A stretch of 64,000 nt of DNA from an uncultured Bacteroidales bacterium (GTDB taxonomy: Bacteria; Bacteroidota; Bacteroidia; Bacteroidales; VadinHA17), in NCBI GenBank assembly GCA_963719235.1, contig CAVRBS010000013.1, forward strand, positions 71,708 through 135,707, in the 5' to 3' direction. Positions 1 to 9,526 of the stretch are shown one piece after another. Both the position numbers and the translations under genes were made by a program. How positions within the stretch are numbered: position 1 is the stretch's first letter; every line of letters starts with the position of its first letter. A model generated the notes under the pieces. The model saw only the letters and a list, made by a program, of their open reading frames with translations, ran no database searches and had not been told where the DNA came from.

Positions 1-24
1 CAATTGGTCCCCGTATAATTTATC

Positions 25-750
25 TTATTTTGCAAGGGCAACAACGATTACCTGAAGTGCATTTGTCAGGTAGTGAGCAAATATAAGTGGAAATACACGA
101 CCAAACCGATAATAGTAGAAGGCCATTATCAAGCCGCAGATTGTCGTCCATGCAACATGGATCGGCCCGCGATAGACATGTATAAAACCGAACAGAAATG
201 CCGAGATAACTAAAATGATTAACTTGGCTATAGTTGACGGCCATGCCTTCCATAGACGACTCAGCAGGAACACCCTAATAAGTTCCTCAGAAGCTGCTCC
301 AAGGAATACCAGTGGACCGGCAAAAATAAACAACAATCCAGGACTGCTTGTCATTTCCTTGAAGAGATTTCTAATATTAGAGTCAGAGGTGGACGTTGGA
401 AATAATTCTGAAAGTAAGTATTGTGAAATGACGTTGGTAACAAGGATCACAATAGCGAGAATGAGTGTAGAAAGCAAATCTGAATACCATTTTCCAGGTT
501 TCAAGTTTAGACCACTATAACTCTCCTTACAGAGAAACCGTAGAAGCATTAATGCAATCACAATGCTCAGAGGGCAAATTACTGCCAAGTAGAAAATGAA
601 TCCCTGATTAGAAGGTGGTTGCCCTTTTTGAATCTGATAGATTATAAGACTTGAATAAAGTGGAAGAACGCCAATTATAACGGCTAGAAGTTGGACCCAC
701 GTCTTGACCTGCATAGGATCAGAGATCTTGGATGACTGATTAGTAGACAT
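25..750 (-). CDS. CPBP family intramembrane glutamic endopeptidase (CAAX protease/Abi-like)
   Basis: A 241 aa polytopic protein with EELIRVF (EExxxR), FGFIHVY (FxxxH) and a late HYLTNA motif. A strong AGGAGG lies 8 nt upstream of the ATG. Confidence 0.75.
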   Translation of the reverse strand: MSTNQSSKISDPMQVKTWVQLLAVIIGVLPLYSSLIIYQIQKGQPPSNQGFIFYLAVICPLSIVIALMLLRFLCKESYSGLNLKPGKWYSDLLSTLILAIVILVTNVISQYLLSELFPTSTSDSNIRNLFKEMTSSPGLLFIFAGPLVFLGAASEELIRVFLLSRLWKAWPSTIAKLIILVISAFLFGFIHVYRGPIHVAWTTICGLIMAFYYYRFGRVFPLIFAHYLTNALQVIVVALAK

Positions 751-857
751 TTTAAATCCTCCTAATAATTTTAAGATTACTACATACTATAAAAGAAACT
801 TATTGGAATACAAAGTTAGATGCTGTTTTACTTGTTGTCTGTTTTGTTTCGGGTTGC

Positions 858-1185
858 ACATAACGGCCCGGCAATAAGATTAGTTGGTGTTGCTGAGTGA
901 ATGGAGGTTGTGACTACCAATTTGTCATCGGGGTAGAGTCCCGGCACACAACCGTAATGAACGAAGCATGGCGCATTTTTTGCAAGTCCAGGTACAAGTT
1001 TTCTGAGTTATACGAGTGTCGCGGTACAAATTTTATTGCGGGCAGGTAACAAGTCAAGGTACACTAAGTTTAATAGAAAGCAGGTGCGTGGTCCGGGTTT
1101 GTCTTGAATTAGTAAGCTGTCTATGTGCCTGAATGCCAATGCAAAAAATGTGACAAACCTATTAATTTTATTGTCCGTGTTAGGT
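858..1185 (-). repeat. attC-like structured repeat, family A (long type, divergent copy, 328 bp)
   Basis: Starts ACATAAC and ends GTTAGGT. The termini CGGCAATAAG / TTTTATTGTCCG pair. It has GGTACAA motifs and a GCAAAAAATGTGACA box. Confidence 0.8.
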
Positions 1186-1307
1186 TTAGGGGAAATTTTA
1201 GAATTGTCAGGATGTGATCAATTTGTCTCGATAAGACTTTGCATAATATTCAGTCAGGTTGGAGTTGCAAGTGCTCCATTATAAACAAATATGCTTTTCG
1301 GGTCAGC

Positions 1308-1652
1308 TTACTCTAGCATGAATATATCGACCGAGATCTCAACTGCCGGAACCGTTCCTCTGTTCTCAAGCCAGTGTGTGGTGTTCCTATCCTCGGGCCA
1401 GCCCACTCCAGGTCCATAGTCCGTTGCGACTCCATCTCGATGGTCAGTAATCGTTCCATGCAATATGTAAACGGTTCCTGGTCTGTCAATATGGTTGTGA
1501 ACTGGGCCGATGACCCCTCCTGGCTCGATCGTCACCATACGCATTCGAAGTTGGCGCCCTGCCATGCCCTCAATCTCAGGGCCAAGGTCAACCGTTGTAA
1601 GTAACTTCACGGTAACACCTTTCGTTTCTGGTCTCATCTTTTCGTTGCTCAT
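1308..1652 (-). CDS. Cupin domain protein
   Basis: A 114 aa protein with a GPVHNHIDRPGTVYILHG cupin-type His motif. A GGAGAG-type ribosome-binding site lies upstream. Confidence 0.65.
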   Translation of the reverse strand: MSNEKMRPETKGVTVKLLTTVDLGPEIEGMAGRQLRMRMVTIEPGGVIGPVHNHIDRPGTVYILHGTITDHRDGVATDYGPGVGWPEDRNTTHWLENRGTVPAVEISVDIFMLE

Positions 1653-1824
1653 ATTGCTCTCTCCTCTCTGTTATATAACAAAGTTGGCAGTAGTTAGTTT
1701 ATTGTTTATTCAAATTATGAAATCATTGTCATTTAGTAATCCAAATCAAAAAAATCATGTGTTTGTCATCAGCCAAGCTGTTAATTGTGCGGTGGAAGCC
1801 CCGGTCTGATTGCACCTCCCTTAA

Positions 1825-2247
1825 ACCTAACGGCCCGGCAATATGGGGAGGTTGCGTTACCCGACGTAAGCACCGGGCAGGGTCCTGGTACTTTAGCCAG
1901 AAAGTTGTCACGCCGCGCCCCGCGCGAACACAGTGAGCAGCGGGGGTGCAAGGAGGGTATAGCGCACTTTTTGCCGTCATGGTACAAATTTTATTGAGTA
2001 TTACGCGTGATCGCGGTACAAGTTTGATCGGAGCCGGAAAATTATCACGGTACAAATTTGTTGTTAGGAGCACTGGCGCAGTGTCGCGGTACAATTTGTC
2101 TCAGAGCCAGAAAACTGTCACGGTGCAGGATTTTAATTGTGAATAGATGCGCGTGTCCGGGTGCAAAAACCATTACGAATTTGTCTTGGGTGCAGGAGCA
2201 AAGCAAAAACCATGACAAACAATTTACCCATATTGTCCGTGTTATGC
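1825..2247 (-). repeat. attC-like structured repeat, family A (423 bp)
   Basis: Starts ACCTAAC and ends GTTATGC. CGGCAATATGGG pairs with CCCATATTGTCCG. It has seven GGT(A/G)CA(A/G) motifs about 34 nt apart and a GCAAAAACCATGACA box. Confidence 0.85.
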
Positions 2248-2297
2248 GTTCGTACTATTATTTTTACTGGGTCATTGTTGTTGGATGGTTTACTTTG

Positions 2298-2807
2298 CTA
2301 AGTTTTGTAGAAGTCAAACCGACTTTTCAATTCTGATGATAAATCATTTATTTTATAAGATATCGCCTTAGAGTCTTGGCAATACGTTAAAGCATTAGAA
2401 CCAATCCATTGCTCATATGGATCTGTTTTAATAGTTGCAAAAGAAGTCCACCCATCTTCGCTTTGTTTATCCTGGGCAAGAAACTGACCACATATTAAAA
2501 AGTTATTTTTCGCATTTTGGCCAATTAAATTTCTGACTTGAACATTACGAAAATTGACAGGAATTGGTGGCTGGTTGTCATGAAAATCTTTGGCTGATGC
2601 GCTAAGTAAAAAAAGAACTATTGAGTCTAGTGAAGTATTCTGTGTTTCAGTTAAACCAATGCTGTCAGGACTACCTTGAGATGAATGATTTTTATTCGAA
2701 GATCGGGAGTTACATGATGGCAGAAATAATGTAAAAATTAGAATAGAAATAGGTAATAGATTTTTTTTTAGGACAGCAGTTTGTCTCAATTTCGAGAGTT
2801 TTTTCAT
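2298..2807 (-). CDS. Hypothetical lipoprotein
   Basis: 169 aa with a signal peptide and an LPSC lipobox. Confidence 0.55.
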   Translation of the reverse strand: MKKLSKLRQTAVLKKNLLPISILIFTLFLPSCNSRSSNKNHSSQGSPDSIGLTETQNTSLDSIVLFLLSASAKDFHDNQPPIPVNFRNVQVRNLIGQNAKNNFLICGQFLAQDKQSEDGWTSFATIKTDPYEQWIGSNALTYCQDSKAISYKINDLSSELKSRFDFYKT

Positions 2808-2916
2808 TTTGCTAGATTGAAAATATTGCCTACTCTAATCAGTTTTCGGCTTTCCTGTTCTTATTCTGCTAATCTTATAAACGCTTTTGGAAGTCCAATG
2901 TTCAAGGAAGTATGAC

Positions 2917-3336
2917 GCATAACGGCCCGGCGGTATAATTTAGTGGGCGTTACCCGATGCAAGCACCGGTCACGATCCTGATACTTTAGCCAGAAAGTTG
3001 TCACGCCGCGCCCCGCGCGAACACAGTGAGCAGCGGGGGTGCAAGGAGGGTACGGCGTGGTTTTTGCCATCCGGGTACAAGTTTTATCGAAGCCGGGCGT
3101 GTCGCGGTACAAGTTTGATCGGAGCCTGTAAGCTATCACGGTACAGGATATTTGTTAGGGGCACTTGCGCAGTGTCGCGGTACAAGTTTAATTGGAGCCA
3201 GAAACCTGTCACGGTGCAGGATTTATATTACGGGTAGGTGCGGGCGTCCGGGTGCAAGTTTTGGCAGGATCTGTCATGGGAGCAGGGTGCCGCAAAAACC
3301 ATGACAAGCCCATTAATTATACCGTCCGTGTTAGCA
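2917..3336 (-). repeat. attC-like structured repeat, family A (420 bp)
   Basis: Starts GCATAAC and ends GTTAGCA. It is alignable to 1825-2247 along its whole length. Confidence 0.85.
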
Positions 3337-3361
3337 TTTGGGGCAGCTTTACTTTTTTCTC

Positions 3362-3709
3362 TTATTTAGTCTTACATGTATACAATTCTTTGCGATCTGT
3401 CACTTCATTACTAAACGTATCTCCAAGAGGCGGTTCGTATACTTTTAACGAATTCCCATTACAGTCCAATAGAACAATTGGATTATAGCCATCACATACA
3501 GGATCATTCATAGTAGCATAAAAAACTGTCTGTTTATTATATGTTGCTTGAAAAATAGCCATCTGACAGGTACAATTTGTGAAGGAGGATTTCATTTCTC
3601 CAAGAAAGGCAAGATCTTCTAATGGATCGTCACAGTCGCATGTGTTATCATGTTTCTCACAACTCATTATCAGAACAATTGCTGCAAAAATCAAGATTAA
3701 CTTTTTCAT
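3362..3709 (-). CDS. Hypothetical small Cys-rich lipoprotein
   Basis: 115 aa with a signal peptide and an IMSC lipobox. Confidence 0.55.
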   Translation of the reverse strand: MKKLILIFAAIVLIMSCEKHDNTCDCDDPLEDLAFLGEMKSSFTNCTCQMAIFQATYNKQTVFYATMNDPVCDGYNPIVLLDCNGNSLKVYEPPLGDTFSNEVTDRKELYTCKTK

Positions 3710-4076
3710 AGATTGAGTATTAGGTTTTCCAGAAATCAGTGTTAAATCATTAACAACAAAAATTGTTCCAATTGAAGTGTAACAGCAATTATTTAAGTCG
3801 TGCGTAGGGAGTATCCTGATAGAAAGCAGGAGTATTGACTAAATAGCAGATGTTTTATAATGACGGCATGAAGGCAACTGTTGAGCGATGGTAAGTCCCG
3901 ATACAAGTGATGAAGTTGTCATGTTATAATAAAACTATCATAGAACTGAGTGAAGGCAAAATCTTGATTATCAGGTGTTACAGGGTTTTTCTGTTAGCAT
4001 TTAGGGGCCTTCAATTCTGTCACGTATTTATCACCAGAACTAGTTTGTCAAGGTACCCGGGGCACCAGGCCCTTAA

Positions 4077-4307
4077 TGCTAACGGCCGGCGGTATGGGTC
4101 TGTTGCCTTGTGTCGCGGTGGCATGGGTTTTTGCCCTCGAGCTAGACGACCCTTATTGTTTTCTTTGTTTACAGGGATAAATTTTCAGGTAATGCAAAAA
4201 CCATGACACCAGGAAGGGTAGGGCGGCCGGCGGCCGCAAAATTATCCCCCCTTACACAAATTTGGCATTGCCGGCCGAAGGCAATGACCTATACCGGCCT
4301 GTTAGGG
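4077..4307 (-). repeat. attC-like structured repeat, family B (231 bp)
   Basis: Starts TGCTAAC and ends GTTAGGG. CGGCGGTATGGGTCTGTTGCC pairs with GGCAATGACCTATACCGG. It has GTCGCGGTGGCATG and GCAAAAACCATGACACC boxes. Confidence 0.85.
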
Positions 4308-4583
4308 ATTGTAGCGGCGCAAAGATTTCTCGCGGTGCATTGTCAGTCGTCTTATGATATATGTTTTTGCGAACTGCATATTATGGTTATAACACGAGTC
4401 GATACTGTCCCTGAGGCGGAGGACAGAAGTTTCCATTTACGTGAAATAGCTAAGTCGAGCTATATAATTAAGTATTCTCGTCATACTCTTAATTTTCTTA
4501 GTTAGGGCGGGAGGGGAGAGTGCCCGCAGCGAGATGGCATGATGATCCCCCACGTATTAATGATATGCTATAGCCGCTATTAG
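4308..4583 (-). repeat. ORF-less cassette body, paralog 1 of 3
   Basis: Shares ATTGTAGCGGCG..TTTCTCGCGGTGCA, GGCGGGAGGGGAGA.(A/T)GCCCGCAGCG and GCCGCTATTAGCCCTAAC blocks with 15326-15597. It contains no ORF of 60 aa or more that avoids the repeats. Confidence 0.7.
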
Positions 4584-4710
4584 CCCTAACGACTGCAGGT
4601 ATGAACGCTTGCGTTTTCAGGGCCCTTTGTGGTCGAGTTAGCACAATGTAACCAATAGCACTAACCTACGCAAACCCTCTGCCAGCAATGGTTTATACCT
4701 GCTGTTATGC
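4584..4710 (-). repeat. attC-like repeat, minimal form (family D, 127 bp)
   Basis: Starts CCCTAAC and ends GTTATGC. CGACTGCAGGTAT pairs with ATACCTGCTG. It lacks the internal modules of families A-C. Confidence 0.6.
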
Positions 4711-4970
4711 ACTGGGCGTAACTTCCTGTCCCTTTTTAAATCTAGGTTTCACAAATACTCAATAAATCATTTTATCAAGTTATCCATATACATCCACTAA
4801 TCACCAATTTATTTTGTTTTTGAGAGATGACCAAAACTGCCCAACAAGGCAGAAAATATGTGCTGATTTGCAGGCTTTTGTAACTTCTGCTTTGCGGTTT
4901 GGTTTGTGTAAAATGCAAGTTTGCATGCAAAATGAGGGATTGACGATACGCCCGAGCGGTGGCCGAAAGC

Positions 4971-5789
4971 TTAATGCCACCCGCCTCCAGACGCTTGAAA
5001 ACTTGCAATCAGTAAGTCATGTGAGATCATGGCACCGCACTGAGTGCAGAGCCACCCGTGCCCGCGATTCAAGCTGTTCGACATCCCTAGGTTTCGTGCG
5101 ACACGCTCCATCTTGAGCATGATGCTGATCGCCTGTAAAAGGGTTTCCTTCTCGTTGGCCCTTGTTCGTTCCTCGTCCCAGCGATGCTTGGCACCGCAAG
5201 TGGGGCATTTAACCGCAAACTGGTTGTCCTCGAGCAGGCATAGTTGTCTGGCAATCAACTCTATATACTCGCCATCTGTCGATGCGGCTAACTCAGCCGG
5301 CTGTTTAACTGGTCTCTCATCCTTGTCGGGTCCCACAGGGACAAGTGTGGGGGGGCCGAACAGTTGTAAGCTTTCTTGATGTTCACAGTCGCATTTGGGA
5401 CAATGAGTAAACATGTATTTGTTTGAGCAACTAATCTCGCTTCCACATTTGCAGCATTTACCTTTAATGGCATCTGGCATGAAGGGAACAACGTCCTGCC
5501 CATGCAACCAAAAATAATAATGGAACCAGTTGGCGAATCCCTTGGGTTTATGCTCGTCGCAAAAGCAAGCCACTGGCTCAGGAACGTTGGTATACTGAGA
5601 ACAAACCGCGTTGGTGATCGGCTTGAGACACGCCTCATGCTTGCACCTGAGACCAGTTGATATCACTAACTTACGTCCACAAAGATCACAAAGTACAACG
5701 GCAGTGTTTCCTTCAAGAAACATTTTGCGACTGTCGAGCGTATGATCCGGACACGTTGGGCAAATTAACACGTTAACTTGGTAACCCAT
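4971..5789 (-). CDS. Hypothetical Cys-rich protein with multiple CxxC zinc-ribbon-like pairs
   Basis: 272 aa with at least 7 CxxC/CxC pairs (CPTCP, CDLCG, CCKCG, CPKCDC, CPTCG, CTQCG). AAGGAG lies 8 nt upstream of the ATG, with an AT-rich upstream region. Confidence 0.55.
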   Translation of the reverse strand: MGYQVNVLICPTCPDHTLDSRKMFLEGNTAVVLCDLCGRKLVISTGLRCKHEACLKPITNAVCSQYTNVPEPVACFCDEHKPKGFANWFHYYFWLHGQDVVPFMPDAIKGKCCKCGSEISCSNKYMFTHCPKCDCEHQESLQLFGPPTLVPVGPDKDERPVKQPAELAASTDGEYIELIARQLCLLEDNQFAVKCPTCGAKHRWDEERTRANEKETLLQAISIMLKMERVARNLGMSNSLNRGHGWLCTQCGAMISHDLLIASFQASGGGWH

Positions 5790-6050
5790 ATGTTTTCTCC
5801 TTTCTTGTCAGTGGCGTGGCCGAACTATTAAATAGGCTGCAAAATTGCAATCTATCATTCGTTAGTTTTTGGTTAGACAAATTAAATATTAGCAAATTAT
5901 AAAAATATTAGTTTGTATTAACACTGCAAGAAAATTTCATAATCTTGAAATAAAAATAAAAAAAATCAAAAAACTTATTCAGTAATATTAATAAATATTT
6001 TACATCCAAATATCATATAAACTATCAATTTAGTTCTATTTTCGCCTTGT

Positions 6051-6439
6051 GCCTAACGGCCCGGCAATATGGGGAGGTTGTGTTACCCGACGTAGCATCC
6101 GGGCAGGGTCCTGGTACTTTAGCCACAAAGCTGTCACGGTGCAAGGAGGGTATGGCGCGTGTTTTTGCCGTCATGGTACAAATTTTATTGCGTGCTGGCG
6201 CGATCGCGGTACAAGTTTGATCGGAGCCGTGAATTTATCACCCGTTACAAATTTGGTTACGGGCACTGGCGCAGTGTCGCGGTACAAATTGTCTCGGAGC
6301 CAGAAATTTGTCAGGTGCAGGATTTAAATTGCGTGCAGATGCGCGTGTCCGGGTGCAACAACCATTACAAATTTGTCTTGGGTGCAGGAGCAAAACAAAA
6401 ACCGTGACAAACAACTTACCCATATTGTCCGTGTTATAG
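6051..6439 (-). repeat. attC-like structured repeat, family A (389 bp)
   Basis: Starts GCCTAAC and ends GTTATAG. It is alignable to the other family A copies. Confidence 0.85.
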
Positions 6440-6609
6440 CCAGTGTTATTTTAAAACTGTCATGATGTGACAAATCTTAGAGTCATGGTTTGCAGGATCT
6501 AATCTTTGCAAGCTCTTTTAAAAGCTTTGGGTCAAGCATCAGCCCGCGTGGCTTTTAAAAGTGCTTGCAAAAGAATCAGATTATATATATCAGCTTACCT
6601 ACCCGATTG

Positions 6610-8868
6610 TCAAGGTGTATTTTTGTTTTCACTTTTTGTTATTGAAAATGGGATTCTCAAGCTTAATGCAATATTTCTCCCGGGATTAAATAATCCCACT
6701 TCTTTTAAAGTCGATAAATGGTCAATGTATTTTCTGTCAAAAAGGTTATTTGCACTTAGGCTGACTGACATAAGCTGGTTTTGGATTTTTATATTTCCTC
6801 CTATACTCAGATCCAAAAGAGAATAACCCGAAGTTGGTGTTTCATCAGGAGCAGCATTCATTTGGTTAAAGGCAGTAGTAGTATAAACTGAGACAAACGC
6901 TTTTTTCAGAAACAGTAAGTTTTCTTTTTCTGCCCTTAATTCAATACGTAATTTGTGCGCAGGTACAAAAGGTAAATAGTCACCATTGTCTTGTTTTCCG
7001 ATAACCGATGAGAATGTAGTTTCAAAATGGAGCCATTCTATTGGTTTAGGATGAATATGCAAACCCGCTTCACCACCAAACAAGGCTGAATTAGCCTGCT
7101 TGTATTTGTATATATAAATCCCTGAAGATGTAGTGTCGCCTGTTGGTGAAATAAAAATATAATTATTGATGATATTGTAAAATCCAGCAATGTCGAAGGT
7201 AAAATTTTCTTTATGGTAATGGATACTCAAATCCGTTTCGTAGGCATTTTCAGGAACAAGATTATTATCTCCGATTTCGTATCGCAATTCATGCTGCCCG
7301 TTTGAAGTAAGTTCAGCTAAATTTGGTGTGCGGTATGCAGCAGCAAAATTCGCCCTGAAAAGCATGTTTTCAGAAAAGTTATATGTTGCACCAAATGAAC
7401 CACTGAAACTCCCATAAGACTTATCAATAGCAGGACGATAAGTGTCTGATTCAGAAGATAAGCCGATTGTCTGCGTTGAAATGAATTTATTATCGTAACG
7501 AATTCCTGTCTGCAATTTCAATTTACTAAAAAACGTATACTGGAATAAACCAAATGCAGAGTAATTATTTGTTGTTGCATCAGGTAAAAGTATGGTCTCT
7601 CTGTCATTCAAATTTGTATTTGTTTGATTAAATCCCTGAAATCCTATTATGTATTCTGAATTTTCTTTTGAGGGCAAATGTAATTTTGCTTCATATGTTA
7701 AAGTTGCAAGTTTCATTTGAAGTTCATATACATTCTCTTCGCCAAAGTGGATCAATTCCGTATTCTGATAAGCCGAATTTATGTCAAGTTTAAATTTTCT
7801 TAAATACAGCTTGTTCTGCGAAGAAATTAAATGAGTATTCAATTCCTGATAAAAAATGTCGTTTTTTCTACCTCTGCCAGTTATTAATTCAATTGCTTCA
7901 TCTTCTACTAAACCAAGTTTCTGATTGTTGAAATCGTAAAACAATTTGAATGTTCCGATTTTATCTGTAAAGCCCGCATTTGCTTTAACTGAATACTCGT
8001 TAAACCGGGAGTTTGGGGTATATGCACCACCTCCCTGAAGAAAATCGGCATTTGTTTTTTGTCCTGCTCTTACTCCACCAAAGAATTTTTTCGATGCTCC
8101 CTTTATTCCAATATTATTTGTCATACCAAGGGTGTTTGAAAAAAGTTGCAGGTTGTAATCGCCTATAATATTACCAACAGGTGCTGGTTTTTCTTTGATA
8201 AAATTAATAACACCACCAATAGCATCAGAGCCGTAAAGCAACGAAGCCGGCCCCTTAATGATTTCAACATCTTCAATTCCAAATTCATCAATTCCAAGAG
8301 GATGATGACTGGAATACTGATAATTTTCAAACCGTACGCCATTATTTAAGACTAATATGTCATTCATCGAAAGTCCACGGATAACAGGTTTTGAAACTCC
8401 ACTCCCCTTTGAAATCATGTCAACACCTGGAACCTGAGTAAGCACTTCCGCGAAATTGGGTGTGATTTTAATTGTATGAGGATCTAGCTTTAGAACATCA
8501 ATTTTTACAGCATTATCATGTTGTGTGGAATTATAACCACCGGAAACCACAACTTCATCTGCTTCAACTGCCGTTTGTTTTAGTAATATATTAAGTTTTT
8601 TAGCTTCTCCACTCAGCTCAACTGTTTCAATACGGTTAGCGAAACCTACGAATGAAAACTGAATCCTGTTTTTACCATTTGGAATATTTATTAATTCATA
8701 ATTCCCATCTTTATCTGAAATTGTTCCTTTATTCATGTCTGAAATGAATATTGTCGCTCCTGGCAATGGTAAATTATTCTGATCAGTTATCTTTCCAATT
8801 ATCTTGTTTTGTGCGTTTAATGAATGATAAACTAATACCAAACCGCATACTATGAAGATTTTTTTCAT
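6610..8868 (-). CDS. TonB-dependent receptor with an N-terminal carboxypeptidase-regulatory-like domain
   Basis: 752 aa with a signal peptide, a plug region (DAIGGVINF) and a C-terminal beta-barrel ending in an aromatic-rich motif. Confidence 0.9.
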   Translation of the reverse strand: MKKIFIVCGLVLVYHSLNAQNKIIGKITDQNNLPLPGATIFISDMNKGTISDKDGNYELINIPNGKNRIQFSFVGFANRIETVELSGEAKKLNILLKQTAVEADEVVVSGGYNSTQHDNAVKIDVLKLDPHTIKITPNFAEVLTQVPGVDMISKGSGVSKPVIRGLSMNDILVLNNGVRFENYQYSSHHPLGIDEFGIEDVEIIKGPASLLYGSDAIGGVINFIKEKPAPVGNIIGDYNLQLFSNTLGMTNNIGIKGASKKFFGGVRAGQKTNADFLQGGGAYTPNSRFNEYSVKANAGFTDKIGTFKLFYDFNNQKLGLVEDEAIELITGRGRKNDIFYQELNTHLISSQNKLYLRKFKLDINSAYQNTELIHFGEENVYELQMKLATLTYEAKLHLPSKENSEYIIGFQGFNQTNTNLNDRETILLPDATTNNYSAFGLFQYTFFSKLKLQTGIRYDNKFISTQTIGLSSESDTYRPAIDKSYGSFSGSFGATYNFSENMLFRANFAAAYRTPNLAELTSNGQHELRYEIGDNNLVPENAYETDLSIHYHKENFTFDIAGFYNIINNYIFISPTGDTTSSGIYIYKYKQANSALFGGEAGLHIHPKPIEWLHFETTFSSVIGKQDNGDYLPFVPAHKLRIELRAEKENLLFLKKAFVSVYTTTAFNQMNAAPDETPTSGYSLLDLSIGGNIKIQNQLMSVSLSANNLFDRKYIDHLSTLKEVGLFNPGRNIALSLRIPFSITKSENKNTP

Positions 8869-8980
8869 TTTATTACGGGTTAATGTTTTACAAATAAGAT
8901 GTCTTACATCCGGGAGGATGTTTTAAATGCTATTTGTAAGTATGGGAGGAGCTCGTAATAAAAATGAGAATTGTGAGAGA

Positions 8981-9244
8981 TTAGAAAAATATACGGAATC
9001 TGTAATTATTGCAGAAATATTCTAAGGGGTTTTCCTTTTGGAAATCAATATCTCCGGTGTTTGATAAAAAGACAGAAAATTCAAAATTACATATAACACA
9101 ATTATCATGAAGGACATGGTAATGTTTCTCATTTATTGCTTTGCATTCAAAGTGTTCGTGGTGATGTTCAAGTTTAACTATTGAAGGCAGAAAGAAAACC
9201 AGCAATAGAAATAAAGAAGTAATATTTTTGAATTTTCTAATCAT
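8981..9244 (-). CDS. Small membrane-anchored His/Cys-rich protein (same cassette as the TonB receptor)
   Basis: 87 aa with an N-terminal transmembrane helix and KLEHHHEHFEC / HDNCVIC motifs. Confidence 0.45.
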   Translation of the reverse strand: MIRKFKNITSLFLLLVFFLPSIVKLEHHHEHFECKAINEKHYHVLHDNCVICNFEFSVFLSNTGDIDFQKENPLEYFCNNYRFRIFF

Positions 9245-9526
9245 TAAATATTCGTTCAGTCATGCTAATGTATGGTCCTTTATGAGGAACAAAGTTCAAA
9301 TCTAATTGTTTCGAAATGATTAAAAAAATGTCGTTCGAAGATTATCGTAAATTGGAAAACTGACCTAATCAGAAGGAGCGAGGGCATTTGGCTCTTTTGC
9401 TTTTGCATGTGTGTTGGGTCATGTGTCGCGTAAAAGCAAATGTGCCAAATAAGCGGTCGCGGTATATTCCGTGATTGTCGCGGCGTAGTCTATCTCGCTG
9501 AAAACGTGCACATTGGCTATAACGTT

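Noticed and set aside
1825-2247. Family A elements as a stand-alone large structured ncRNA gene (comparable in size to known large bacterial ncRNAs)
   Set aside because: I do not recognise the sequence as any known RNA family. Its termini and flank behaviour are shared with the 127-250 bp elements, which argues for a recombination-site role. An additional RNA-level function cannot be excluded.
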